Assembly: GCA_963803805.1 (NCBI GenBank) | Contig: CAWDOD010000004.1 | Location: 128,001 to 192,000, forward strand | Reading direction: 5' to 3' | DNA from: an uncultured cyanobacterium | GTDB taxonomy: Bacteria; Cyanobacteriota; Cyanobacteriia; Cyanobacteriales; CAWCAG01 | Length of the DNA stretch: 64,000 nt | In this document: positions 48,422-58,710 of the stretch, one piece after another | How positions within the stretch are numbered: the first letter of the stretch is position 1 | Layout of the letters: every line of letters starts with the position of its first letter | Made by a program: the position numbers and the translations under genes | Notes under the pieces: generated by a model | Databases searched by the model: none | What the model saw: the letters and a program-made list of their open reading frames with translations, nothing else | What the model was told of the DNA's origin: nothing

Positions 48422-50045
48422 CTAATTAATAATCGTTAAAGCTTCGTTCAATAATTCAGTAGCTTGCTCTTTTTCTCCTGCTGCAATATAGCTAGTTGCT
48501 AACTCATTTAGCACTCTTGCTTTACCAGCATTATTAGGTAAGAATTGCACTAATTGTTTAGCGGCTGTCAACTTTCCTTTTGCCCCTAAAACAATGATGC
48601 CATTTTCTAAATTGTAAATTTCTTCTTCCACAATAGATTGACTAATTTCCCTTGCTCTATTTATATCTCCTTGCTCTGCAAGCTTAACCACAATATTAGC
48701 TAAAACTATCCCCCTGTCTTGCTCTTCAACCGACTGAAGTATTTCCATCGCCTGCTCTATTTCTCCGATTTGAGCTAGCTTAACTGCAACACTGCTTAAG
48801 GCACTAGGTCTAACCTCATAAAAAAGAAAATAGTTGCTTAGTTGCACTGCTTGTTGTACTTCTCCTTGTGCTACCAAAGCACGAACCATACTGTTTATAG
48901 TCCACCATTGTTCAGGTTTTTCTAGAGAGTTAAATAACTCTACACCTTGGTTGACATTGCCTTCTTCAACTAAAGCAACAGCAATGTACCCCAACACCGT
49001 ATCAGCATCTCCTTTTGTTGCTAAAGATTGAGCTAATTGTAGGGCGCGGTTGGTATCTCCTGCTTTAACTAAAGCTGTAGCAACCTCACTAATAACAGGA
49101 ATTTGAGCTTCTCCTTGAGGAAATGCACCTATTTTTAAAGCTTCATCTGACATTTCCTGCTTGAGCTTGCAAGATAGCAATTGACTGCAATGCTGAAAAG
49201 TGCAATCGAGGAAGGGTAAAAGCACTCTCGTCACTTGATGGTACATCAAGCATTGCTGCCACTTCCATAGCCAAGTCAAATTGCTTTTCTCTTGCCAAGG
49301 TAACAGCAATCCCTTCTAAAATTATGGCTCGATTGTAATCTAGTTCCTCAACTGAATCCAATAAAGATTGGGTTACTTGCATTCCTTGAGTAAATTGCTT
49401 TGCTTCGATTAAATCTAAAGCAATCTGTCCTATAGCTTGAGCTTTAGTCAAGCCATGTTCAAAACTTTCAGCGATCTCCAAAGCACGGTTTAAATCTCCA
49501 TTAGCAGCTAGCTGACCCGCTATGCCAATTAATATCTGACTTTGATGGTAGGCGGCATCGTTTCTATTTCTAGTTAACTCCAGAGCTTCCTCAACTTGCC
49601 CTGCTGCCACTAATTCTCTAGCTATTTCCCTTAAAGGAAGCCAATTCAAACCTTCGTTATAATACTCATCAAGAAATTGAGCAATTTCTAAAGCGCGCTC
49701 AAATTCTCCTAACTTCACAAAATTAGCACCTATTTCTCCGAATAATCCGCTTAAATCGGGGTCGTATTCAGGAGTTTGTACTAACTCAGCTAATTGCAAT
49801 GCTGTAGCTGCTTGGTTGTTCCTTGTTAAACCAACTTCTAATGCTTGCGCCAATTTTCCCATCTTAGCCAACTCAGTAGCCATCTCGCCGTTGTCAGATG
49901 TACTTTTGTCGAATTTCCCAGCGATCGCCAATCCTACATCAATTACTTTGATTTCTGAATTAGTACTGGCAGCACTGAGGGAGGTTGAAGAAAGTAGAAG
50001 GGTAGGAATAACAAGTAAAGATAAAAAAGGCTTTTGAGTATTCAT
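48422..50045 (-). pseudogene. Shorter paralog of the solenoid protein, split by a 1-bp insertion near 49150
   Basis: ORFs 49143-50045 and 48422-49309 join as ...AGNV/DEAL...; N- and C-termini match the neighbouring gene. Confidence 0.8.
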
Positions 50046-50146
50046 TTAGACATTGATCATTAGACATTCACCATTAAATATTAAACATTTGACTGTTGTT
50101 CAATAATTGATAAAGCTTGATTCAATAATTTAGTAGCTTGCTCTCT

Positions 50147-50917
50147 CTAAGCTAAAGAAGAAAAGCCACCAGGAGGTACATCTTGCCAGCGCCCTGAACC
50201 CACAGCTTGGATCGCTTCTGGCAAAGAAACATCTCCAGTATAGATGGCGCGACCAATAATTACCCCTTCCACCCCTAAAGCTTCTAAAGAAAGCAAACTT
50301 AATAAGTCTGTTAAACAACTTACTCCCCCGGAAGCAATCACAGGAATATCCACTGCCGTAGCCATTTCTCGCAACGCTTCCAAATTAGGGCCACTCAAAG
50401 TACCATCACGATGAATATCTGTGTAAATTATCCCTGCTGCCCCTTTAGTCGCCATTTGTTGCCCCAACTCAGTAGCAGCAACCTGAGATGTTTCTAACCA
50501 GCCCCGCGTCGCCACCTGACCATTACGAGCATCAATACCCACCACAATTTTTTTGGGAAATTCTTGGGCTAATTCTTCTACTAACTGAGGGTTTTCTACG
50601 GCAACGGTTCCCATAATCGCGCGGTCAATCCCTAAGTTAACCAATTGAGTTACAGAGGTGCGATCGCGCAATCCTCCTCCCACTTGCACTGGTACAGATA
50701 TAGCCCTAACAATAGCTTCAATGACCTTTTGGTTAGCTGGTTTGCCTTGTTTTGCTCCATCCAAGTCAACTACGTGCAGTCGCGTTGCCCCTTGATCTGC
50801 CCACTGTCGGGCGACATCAACGGGATTATCATTAAATACTTGAGATTGGTCATAATCTCCTTGATAAAGGCGAACACAACGCCCTTCTAGTAAATCAATA
50901 GCTGGGATAATTTCCAT
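50147..50917 (-). CDS. hisA: ProFAR isomerase
   Basis: [37 protein letters not shown]. Confidence 0.97.
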   Translation of the reverse strand: MEIIPAIDLLEGRCVRLYQGDYDQSQVFNDNPVDVARQWADQGATRLHVVDLDGAKQGKPANQKVIEAIVRAISVPVQVGGGLRDRTSVTQLVNLGIDRAIMGTVAVENPQLVEELAQEFPKKIVVGIDARNGQVATRGWLETSQVAATELGQQMATKGAAGIIYTDIHRDGTLSGPNLEALREMATAVDIPVIASGGVSCLTDLLSLLSLEALGVEGVIIGRAIYTGDVSLPEAIQAVGSGRWQDVPPGGFSSLA

Positions 50918-50922
50918 GGTTT

Positions 50923-50954
50923 GCTAATGGCTAGTTGCTAGTTGCTAGTTGCTA
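50923..50954. repeat. Heptamer tandem repeat (GCTAGTT)n, STRR-like
   Basis: GCTAATG GCTAGTT GCTAGTT GCTAGTT GCTA; a shorter run occurs near 63231. Confidence 0.7.
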
Positions 50955-51025
50955 ATGGGGAACAGGCCAACCCTTGCACGAACACTCTCATAGTTGTCGT
51001 TAAGGGACAGTCTGTTCTTTACCTA

Positions 51026-52710
51026 TTACTTATTACTTATTTCCGGTGATAGTTCTTTTAAGATTGTAAACTGGACGTGATTAATGGCTAGTTCACCCAG
51101 AGACGCAGTTTCTTTATCAACAGGAACTCCTTGACTATACAGCTTTTCAAAAGAGACTCCTTTAGCCATTTCTGCATGATACCAAGCTAAACCCATAAAA
51201 AAGCGGGTTGGATAGGGGCCGCCTTCTTGTATATCATCGGGATTTGATTCCATGGGTAACCAACCAAACCCTGGTACATAAAATTCCATCCAGACATGGT
51301 TATAGTCGGGAACTAGGGGAACTTCTTTTTGATGGGGATGGGGAGGACATTTATAACGCCCAACCGTACGACAAGCAATACCATTTAATCTGGCTAAAGC
51401 AAGTAATATTCCCAAATATTCGCCGCAAAACCAACCCCCCTAGCTAAGGCAACATCAGGGGTATCAATATGGGGTTTGATACCATAGGAAAGTTTGTCAT
51501 AAACGTAGTTGCGGATACTATACATTTTCCGCAATAAATTAGTTTCTCGCTTAACTGCTTCCGTTGCGGCTTGGCGAATAATTGCTGTATCCATTGCCAA
51601 GTCATCATTATCTACTAAATAGAGTTCTTGAAATTCAGGAGATAATTCTAAGAGGTTTTCACAATCTCGCGGTTTTAGTTGATACTTGATTCCCCAGACT
51701 TCTAAGATAGCTTTCCAACCAAAAATATGCCTTTCTTCAGGCTTCAGGCTATCGAACTTAAATACGGCGATGCGCTGTCCTTGGTGATTTTCTTCTGTGA
51801 AGGGCAATCCTATTGGTTCTACAGAGATAATTCTTTGTCGTTGCGTATCTGCTGGTAGAGCTATGCGCCATTCTAGATCCTTAAGTTCAAGTTCATCTAA
51901 AGGAGCAAGTTCTTCAATATAGCTCATTTCTACCAAATAACCATTAGAAAGAGCATAACCGTTCTTTTCGTTATGGTAAAAATACAGGGGATGAACGAAG
52001 CTGCGATCGCGAAATTCTAATTGATAGTTAGGATCAGCGTTGGGATTATCTCGAATATAAGGCTCTTCGTCGGCGTAGGAAACATAAAGAGTTTCCTTAC
52101 CGGTTTGAGAATCCTGTTGTAAGGCTATGGCTGTAGGATTTGCAAAAGGGGTTATGACGTTAAAAACAACTTCTCCGGTGGCGCGATCTAAACAATAAAC
52201 TGTTTGTTCCGTCTCGTCACACAACCAAAGTTTTTCATCTTGTACAGTTAAATTTTCACGACCAATACCCGGACTATAGAAACGAGTAATTTGCTTACCG
52301 GTTTCTTTACTCAAGATAAAAATACAGCCTGCTTTTTGAGAAGTGACATATACTGTCGATTCCCAAACCGCTACTCCATCTGCCTTATAAGGCAAACGAA
52401 TAAAGTGTTGGGGACTGAAATTATCCCAAGAGCAGTAATAAATATTCTCATCTTTAGTAAACCAGAGAGTATCCTCGGCAATTGCGATACCCCTAGCATC
52501 AACAAAATCTGAGCAGTTGTGGGAATTGAGTATAATTGTGTTATCGTTAGCCGGATCGATTTGCAACACATAACCATTAACAGAGTCCAGGGCTATTAAC
52601 CACTTTTCTCGAAATCCAATACCCTGTAAAGCTGCCGCAGCGAAGGGTCTAATTGTTCTTCCTAAAAGGCTAGCTGTTTGGGACAAAGAGGTGGCAGAAT
52701 CAGGAATCAT
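51026..52710 (-). pseudogene. Beta-propeller + transglutaminase-like protein, frameshifted near 51427-51430
   Basis: ORF 51394-52710 ends GVGFAANI; restoring one base gives GVGxCGEYLGILLALARLNGIACR...NHVWMEFYVPGFGW. Confidence 0.8.
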
Positions 52711-53094
52711 GAATTTTCCAGATGAAAATAGAGATGCAAAGTAAACTGATAATAAAGGATAAGAGTTGTATCAAGATATAGCAAATCTAGAAAAAATAAT
52801 TGTTGCCTCTCTAAAAACCTTGCTAAGTTGAGGATATACCTCAGGTATATATATCATTAGAAATAAATTTATGCCCAACTACAGTAGTGAGGACAGCATA
52901 AACATATCAAAATAGGAAATAAATTAGATGCTCAACATGAACTTAAACCTAATTAATAAAATTTAGAGCATTGGGCAAAGCCAAAACCAAGCATTTGCTC
53001 TTTCTTGGGTTAAAGCACTAGGAACCCTTCTTCGCTTTATACCATCTCATCAACCAGGTCATCTTCAAAATGAAAATTTACAGTAGGTTTAATT

Positions 53095-53893
53095 ATGACT
53101 CGATTCAAGGGATTTTTAAAACGATTTTCTTTAATAGTTCTCATTGCTGTAGGGCTTTTGCTTCCTGCATGGCTCCATTCTCCGGCGTTTTCTAATACGA
53201 CTTCACTAAGCAGCTTGTTACCTGGGGAGTTTAACTTTAGCGCCCCCTCGGATATTGGTAAACCAGATCGGCGACAAGGGGGAGCCACTCGCAGCCCTGG
53301 GGAATGTATGGCCATCGATAAAAATCAGCTCACGGCCTTATCTCCTGTGGGTGGGGTCCTTAACCATGAAAGCTTATCCTAACTTCTCCTGGTATATTCC
53401 CCCAAATTCTGCCCAAAAGGTAGCTTTTTTCCTCATGGATCAAGAAAGTCCTGATGAGTTGTACCATGTTTCTTATCTGTTGGCTAAGACTAATAAAGAT
53501 GCAAATAGTAAAGAGTCAGCCAAAATTATTAACTTAGAGATACCTGCTTTTGCTGAGGTAGCTCCCCTAGAAGAAAACAAGCCCTATACTTGGTTAGTAG
53601 AAGTATATTGTGATGCTTCAGGAGCAAGGGACTATTGGGCATCAGGAGAAATTCAGCGCGTAGAATCTGATCCGGCTGTAACCAATCAACTTAAACAAGC
53701 TCAAACCCCTGAAGCTCGTTTAGCTGTCTACGCCCAAGAAGGTTTATTGCCAGAAACCCTAGAGACTTTGTTTGAAATCGAGCGTTCTAACCCCAACAGT
53801 TCTGATGTACAAGCTGTTTGGCAAAAAATTATTTCTTCTTTGAACTTTATTCACCCCATTGATGATCCTGAAGTTTCTTTAAGCACACGGTAA
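53095..53893 (+). pseudogene. DUF928-like secreted protein, frameshifted at the G4 run 53353-53356
   Basis: PDRRQGGATR...LTALSPVGG/SLTMKAYPNFSWYIP...PLEENKPYTW; deleting one G joins the two ORFs. Confidence 0.8.
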
Positions 53894-54129
53894 CTAATGT
53901 AGAAACGAATAAAATTGTCTAACTTTAGGATTATTCACCATTTCCATTAGTCCCCTTAAAAAATAAGATTTCCAGAAAACTGGGTTTGTTTTTAGAGCAG
54001 AGTCTGTTGAGAAGAACCCAGTTTTGCCATCCCCTGAAATAGTTAAACCTAATCGAGGAATAACTATCATTTTGACTCTATTCTCTGGGTGCATCACCAA
54101 AGACACAACTGTTACTCCCCATAATCACC

Positions 54130-54945
54130 ATGAGAAAGATCAAATCTCGTCTAGGAAAACTTTCCTTAGCACTGTCCTTAGAATTGGCCATGATGACTAG
54201 CTTTTTAGTCGTGCAAGCCTTCGCCTTTGAACCATCTGGGGATATTAGCACTCCTAAACGCACCGAACCAGGTGGAACTCGCGCTAGTATACCAACTCAG
54301 TGGGAACCAAATCGCTACAGACCTCCAAGTAATATTAGTCGTCCTAGACGTACTCAACAGGGAGGAACTCGTACTGATGAGCAAGAAAATTCCCCACTAA
54401 CTGCTATAGTACCTAGTTCTAGTCAAGGTTTTGGGACAACGAGCAAACCCTACCCCACTTTTCTAGTTTTTGTTTCTGAGTTAGCAGCCCAAGGAGCTAC
54501 CATACCCGTAGAATTTGCTTTGATAGATGAAGCAGGGGAAGATGTTTATAGAGCCAGTTTCTCAATAAATACTGAGTCTCAATTATTGAGCCTGACTCTC
54601 CCTGATCATGCAGGAATGCCGCCTTTAGAGGTAGGTAAAAACTACAAATGGTCTTTTATGCTCATTGAGAATCCTTCGGATTGGACACATAACCCTACAG
54701 CTTCAGGTTGGGTTACTAGAATTGAACCTTCAGTTCAATTAACCCAAGGGCTTTTTGGGGCAACTTCCCTACAAGAAGAGGGAATAATTTATGCCCATGA
54801 GGAAGTTTGGTATGATGCGGTAGCTGCCTTTGCCCAATTACAAAGAGAAAATCCTCAAGATGAGGCTATAAATCAAGATTGGGTTAAACTCTTAAAAGCT
54901 GCGGGTTTAGAAAGTGTTAGCTCCCTCAGCGTATCTTTTAATTAA
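54130..54945 (+). CDS. DUF928-like secreted protein
   Basis: Two PxRxxxGGTR motifs, LTAIVP, YPTFLVFV, PLEVGKNYKW, WYDAV. Confidence 0.85.
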   Translation: MRKIKSRLGKLSLALSLELAMMTSFLVVQAFAFEPSGDISTPKRTEPGGTRASIPTQWEPNRYRPPSNISRPRRTQQGGTRTDEQENSPLTAIVPSSSQGFGTTSKPYPTFLVFVSELAAQGATIPVEFALIDEAGEDVYRASFSINTESQLLSLTLPDHAGMPPLEVGKNYKWSFMLIENPSDWTHNPTASGWVTRIEPSVQLTQGLFGATSLQEEGIIYAHEEVWYDAVAAFAQLQRENPQDEAINQDWVKLLKAAGLESVSSLSVSFN

Positions 54946-54960
54946 TTCTCCTAACCATTT

Positions 54961-56901
54961 ATGCGCTTTCTGTGCAAAGTTTTAACAGTAGCTCTAGTTG
55001 TAATTATGGCAACCTCTGCTTTGGGTAACGAGATTTTGCCGGAAGATAATTTAATTGTGGAGGGGATTCCCCCTATTCCTGCTTCTATTGTGAAAACCGT
55101 AGAACGTTATACAGATTTTCGTTCTGCTGTTCTTGCTAGTTGGCATCCTCAGCAAAAAGAGATACTCATTTCTACAAGATTTGGGGAAACATCTCAGGTA
55201 CACCAGGTTAAGTCTCCTTTAAGTTATCGTCAACAGTTAACTTTTTTCCCTGAAAGGGTTTCTGGGGCAAGCTATCAACCAACAGAAGGTAACTATTTCG
55301 TTTTTAGTAAGGATACTGGGGGCAATGAGTTTCGCCAAAACTATCGCTATGACCTCAACTCAGGAGAAATCACTTTATTAACGGATGGAGAATCTCGCAA
55401 TAGTGGGGGAGTTTGGTCTAATGCCGGTAACTTAATAGCCTACAATTCTACTCGTCGCAACGGTACAGATGTAGACCTTTATGTTATTGATCCTGCTAAT
55501 CCCAAAAGCGATCGCCTAGTAGCAGAAGTTGCAGGGGGTGGCTGGTTTCCCTTAAGTTGGTCACCCGATGATCAGCAAATTTTGAGTGTTGAGTATATTT
55601 CTGTTAACGAAAGCTATCTTTGGCTTTTTGATGCCCAATCAGGAGAAAAGACTCTCATTACTCCTAAAGGAGGAGAAGAGAAGATTTCCTACGGTGGTGC
55701 AGTTTTTAGCAAAGATGGCCAGGGTTTATATGTAATTACCGACAAAGATGCAGAATTTTCTCGTTTAGCTTATTTAGACTTAAATACTAAAGAACATACT
55801 TTTCTCACGGAAGATATTAACTGGGATGTAGAAGACTTTGCTCTTTCAGAAAATGGTAAGTTACTAGCTTTTGTGACTAACGAAGCTGGTAGAAGTGTTC
55901 TCCATCTCCTTGATACCACTACCCAAAAAAGGCTACCTTTACCAGAATTTCCAGTGGGACAAATCTACTCCCTCAACTGGCACAAAAATAGTCAGGATTT
56001 AGGCTTTACCCTTTATTCTGCCCAATCCACTGCGGATGCTTATTCTTTAGATATAACCACCCAAAAGCTTACCCGTTGGACGAAAAGCGAAACAGGAACC
56101 CTGAATATAGACAATTTTCCTCAAGCAGAGTTGGTACGTTGGTCAAGTTTTGATCAAAGAACAATTTCCGGCTTCCTTTATCGCCCCCCAACTAAGTTTA
56201 CTGGTAAGCGTCCTGTAATTATTAATATTCATGGGGGACCAGAAGGGCAGTATCAACCAGGATTTTTAGATAGGGACAATTACTATCTCAATGAGTTGGG
56301 AGTAGCAATGATTTTTCCCAATGTCAGGGGTTCTTCTGGTTATGGCAAAACCTTCTTACAATTAGATAATGGCTATCTACGGGAAGATTCGGTTCAGGAT
56401 ATTGGGGCATTACTAGATTGGATTGCTACCCAACCGGATTTAGATAGTAACAGAATTTTGGTGACGGGAGGCAGTTATGGCGGTTATATGTCTTTAGCTG
56501 TGGCGACTAAATATAACGATCGCATCAGAGCAGCTATTGATATAGTGGGTATATCTAATTTTGTGACTTTTTTAGAAAGGACAGAAGGTTATCGTCGGGA
56601 TTTACGTCGGGTAGAGTATGGTGATGAACGTGACCCCCAGATGCGGCAGTTTTTGTTAGATATTTCTCCCCTTAATAATGCCGATCAGATTACGAAGCCT
56701 TTGTTTGTGGTACATGGGCAGAATGATCCTCGTGTTCCTGTTAATGAAGCCGAACAGATTGCCAAGACGGTTAAGGATAAAGGGGTTCCCGTTTGGTATT
56801 TGGTGGCGAAGGATGAAGGACATGGTTTTGCGAAGAAGAAAAACCGAGATTATTTGTTTTATGCAACGGTGATGTTTGTTAAGGAATATTTGTTGAATTG
56901 A
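54961..56901 (+). CDS. S9-family prolyl oligopeptidase
   Basis: HGGPE, PNVRGSSGYG, GGSYGG, HGQNDPRVP, DEGHGF. Confidence 0.95.
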   Translation: MRFLCKVLTVALVVIMATSALGNEILPEDNLIVEGIPPIPASIVKTVERYTDFRSAVLASWHPQQKEILISTRFGETSQVHQVKSPLSYRQQLTFFPERVSGASYQPTEGNYFVFSKDTGGNEFRQNYRYDLNSGEITLLTDGESRNSGGVWSNAGNLIAYNSTRRNGTDVDLYVIDPANPKSDRLVAEVAGGGWFPLSWSPDDQQILSVEYISVNESYLWLFDAQSGEKTLITPKGGEEKISYGGAVFSKDGQGLYVITDKDAEFSRLAYLDLNTKEHTFLTEDINWDVEDFALSENGKLLAFVTNEAGRSVLHLLDTTTQKRLPLPEFPVGQIYSLNWHKNSQDLGFTLYSAQSTADAYSLDITTQKLTRWTKSETGTLNIDNFPQAELVRWSSFDQRTISGFLYRPPTKFTGKRPVIINIHGGPEGQYQPGFLDRDNYYLNELGVAMIFPNVRGSSGYGKTFLQLDNGYLREDSVQDIGALLDWIATQPDLDSNRILVTGGSYGGYMSLAVATKYNDRIRAAIDIVGISNFVTFLERTEGYRRDLRRVEYGDERDPQMRQFLLDISPLNNADQITKPLFVVHGQNDPRVPVNEAEQIAKTVKDKGVPVWYLVAKDEGHGFAKKKNRDYLFYATVMFVKEYLLN

Positions 56902-57076
56902 TGATTGAGTAGCTGTTGATTCAACTTGTCTGAAATATTTGCCCAGCATTACCTGGAGGTTCACCTAATTCGACGAAATCAAAAAACAGCAGAAGGTAGT
57001 TCATCGAACTCACATTTCCATCAAAATTATTTGACATTCAAGACAATCGCTACTAACCCTAATTATCAACTATCAA

Positions 57077-58555
57077 CTACTTAAATTGTACCCAAACTGA
57101 AACCGAACCTCCGTTACAGCGAAACTCTCCCCAACCATGTTCGTTGGTTTTAATAGGTTCAGAAATATGTTCAGTTAAGTCATAAAATTCTGTATTAGCT
57201 TTACCTACTTCCATCCACTTTGAACCCCCAGCCCCATTACTCATAATAACTGCCATACTTTGGGGATGTTCACCATTGCCAAGACGAGTCCAACCAATAA
57301 TATCCCAATGATCGAAATAATCATATTGTTCCCCGTAAGCGTAATTTTGTCTGGCGTGGAGAAACTTATCAATTAAAAAGCGATGGGAATCTAGCCAAAT
57401 TTCATAACCTTTGTCTTTGTAATGTGCGCCATAATAATCAGCATAAAAAAGACAAGGATAGCCTTCTCTTCGTAATAAAATCAAGGCATAAGCTAAAGGT
57501 TTGAACCACGATTCAACCACCGATTCTAAGGATTGTAAGGGCTGAGAATCATGATTTTCTACGAAGGTAACAGCTAATTCTGGTTTGCTTTGCATTAAGG
57601 TATTATCAAGAATACGACGCAAATCATAGGAACCACCAACCTTACTAGCAAAGTGGAAGTTGTAATGTAAAGGAACATCCACTAAAGACATTTTTCCGTC
57701 GGTTAGATCCATATAATTAAGCAAAGAACCAAGGTTGTTTTCCCAATATTCTCCGAAACTAAAAAGTTCTTTTTGGGTATGGTTACGCATTTTAGGCAAC
57801 CACTGTTTATAAAACCAAGCGGGAATATGTTTAACAGCATCAAGACGAAAACCATCTACTCCGGTGGTGTCTAAAAACCATTCACCCCAATAATCTAATT
57901 CTCCCCTCACTTGGTCATCTTGCATATCTAAATCACAACCAAGCAAGAAATCGTAATTACCTTTTTCTAAGTTTACAAAATCATCATGTCCTTTCCCTTC
58001 AAACAAGTAAACTTTTTGAGGATATTCTCCCGGTCGCCAGTTATTATAAACAACAGAATCAAAGTGCCACCAATGCCATTTCATACTAGAATATTTGTCA
58101 CCGCGACCAGGAAAAGTAAATTTAGTATAAGCTTGAATTTTCTCTAATTTGCCATCAGACATTACTCTGTAGTTACGGTTATTTTCGTAATAAGCTGTGG
58201 CGTAAACTTCTTCGGTTTCATCGGCACTATCTTTATGGTTCAAAACTATGTCTGCATAGACTTGAATCCCAGCTTGTTGGCCTGCTTTAACTGCGGTTAA
58301 AAATTCTTCTTTAGTGCCGTATTTGGTACGAATAGTTCCTTTTTGGTCAAACTCTCCTAAGTCAAAGAGGTCATAAACTCCATAACCAGTATCATAGCCC
58401 CCACTACCACCTTTATAAGCTGGGGGCAGCCAAAGGGCTGTTACCCCTGCTTGGGCAAGTTCAGTTGCTTTTTGGCTAACTTCAGTCCAGAGAGTGCCAT
58501 CACTGGGGTAATACCAGTGAAAAAACTGCATCATTGTACCGTTGACATAGGACAC
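57077..58555 (-). CDS. Alpha-amylase (GH13)
   Basis: TMMQFFHWY, DIVLNH, GFRLDAVKH, GEYW, FVENHD. Confidence 0.95.
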   Translation of the reverse strand: MSYVNGTMMQFFHWYYPSDGTLWTEVSQKATELAQAGVTALWLPPAYKGGSGGYDTGYGVYDLFDLGEFDQKGTIRTKYGTKEEFLTAVKAGQQAGIQVYADIVLNHKDSADETEEVYATAYYENNRNYRVMSDGKLEKIQAYTKFTFPGRGDKYSSMKWHWWHFDSVVYNNWRPGEYPQKVYLFEGKGHDDFVNLEKGNYDFLLGCDLDMQDDQVRGELDYWGEWFLDTTGVDGFRLDAVKHIPAWFYKQWLPKMRNHTQKELFSFGEYWENNLGSLLNYMDLTDGKMSLVDVPLHYNFHFASKVGGSYDLRRILDNTLMQSKPELAVTFVENHDSQPLQSLESVVESWFKPLAYALILLRREGYPCLFYADYYGAHYKDKGYEIWLDSHRFLIDKFLHARQNYAYGEQYDYFDHWDIIGWTRLGNGEHPQSMAVIMSNGAGGSKWMEVGKANTEFYDLTEHISEPIKTNEHGWGEFRCNGGSVSVWVQFK

Positions 58556-58710
58556 TTGGTTTAACTCCTAAAACAAAACAGTTCTGGCACATCCTAGCTT
58601 AGGGAAAAGAATTTGCCTAGAGGGATTTATCCATGACATACTCCTAATACGGTTTCCCGTTAATTAAAAAGGTAACATCTTTGATACTCTCAAAGTTGCT
58701 AGTTAAAGTT

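Noticed and set aside
45231..50045. Diversity-generating retroelement acting on the repeat paralogs
   Set aside because: No reverse transcriptase; paralog differences are not confined to adenines
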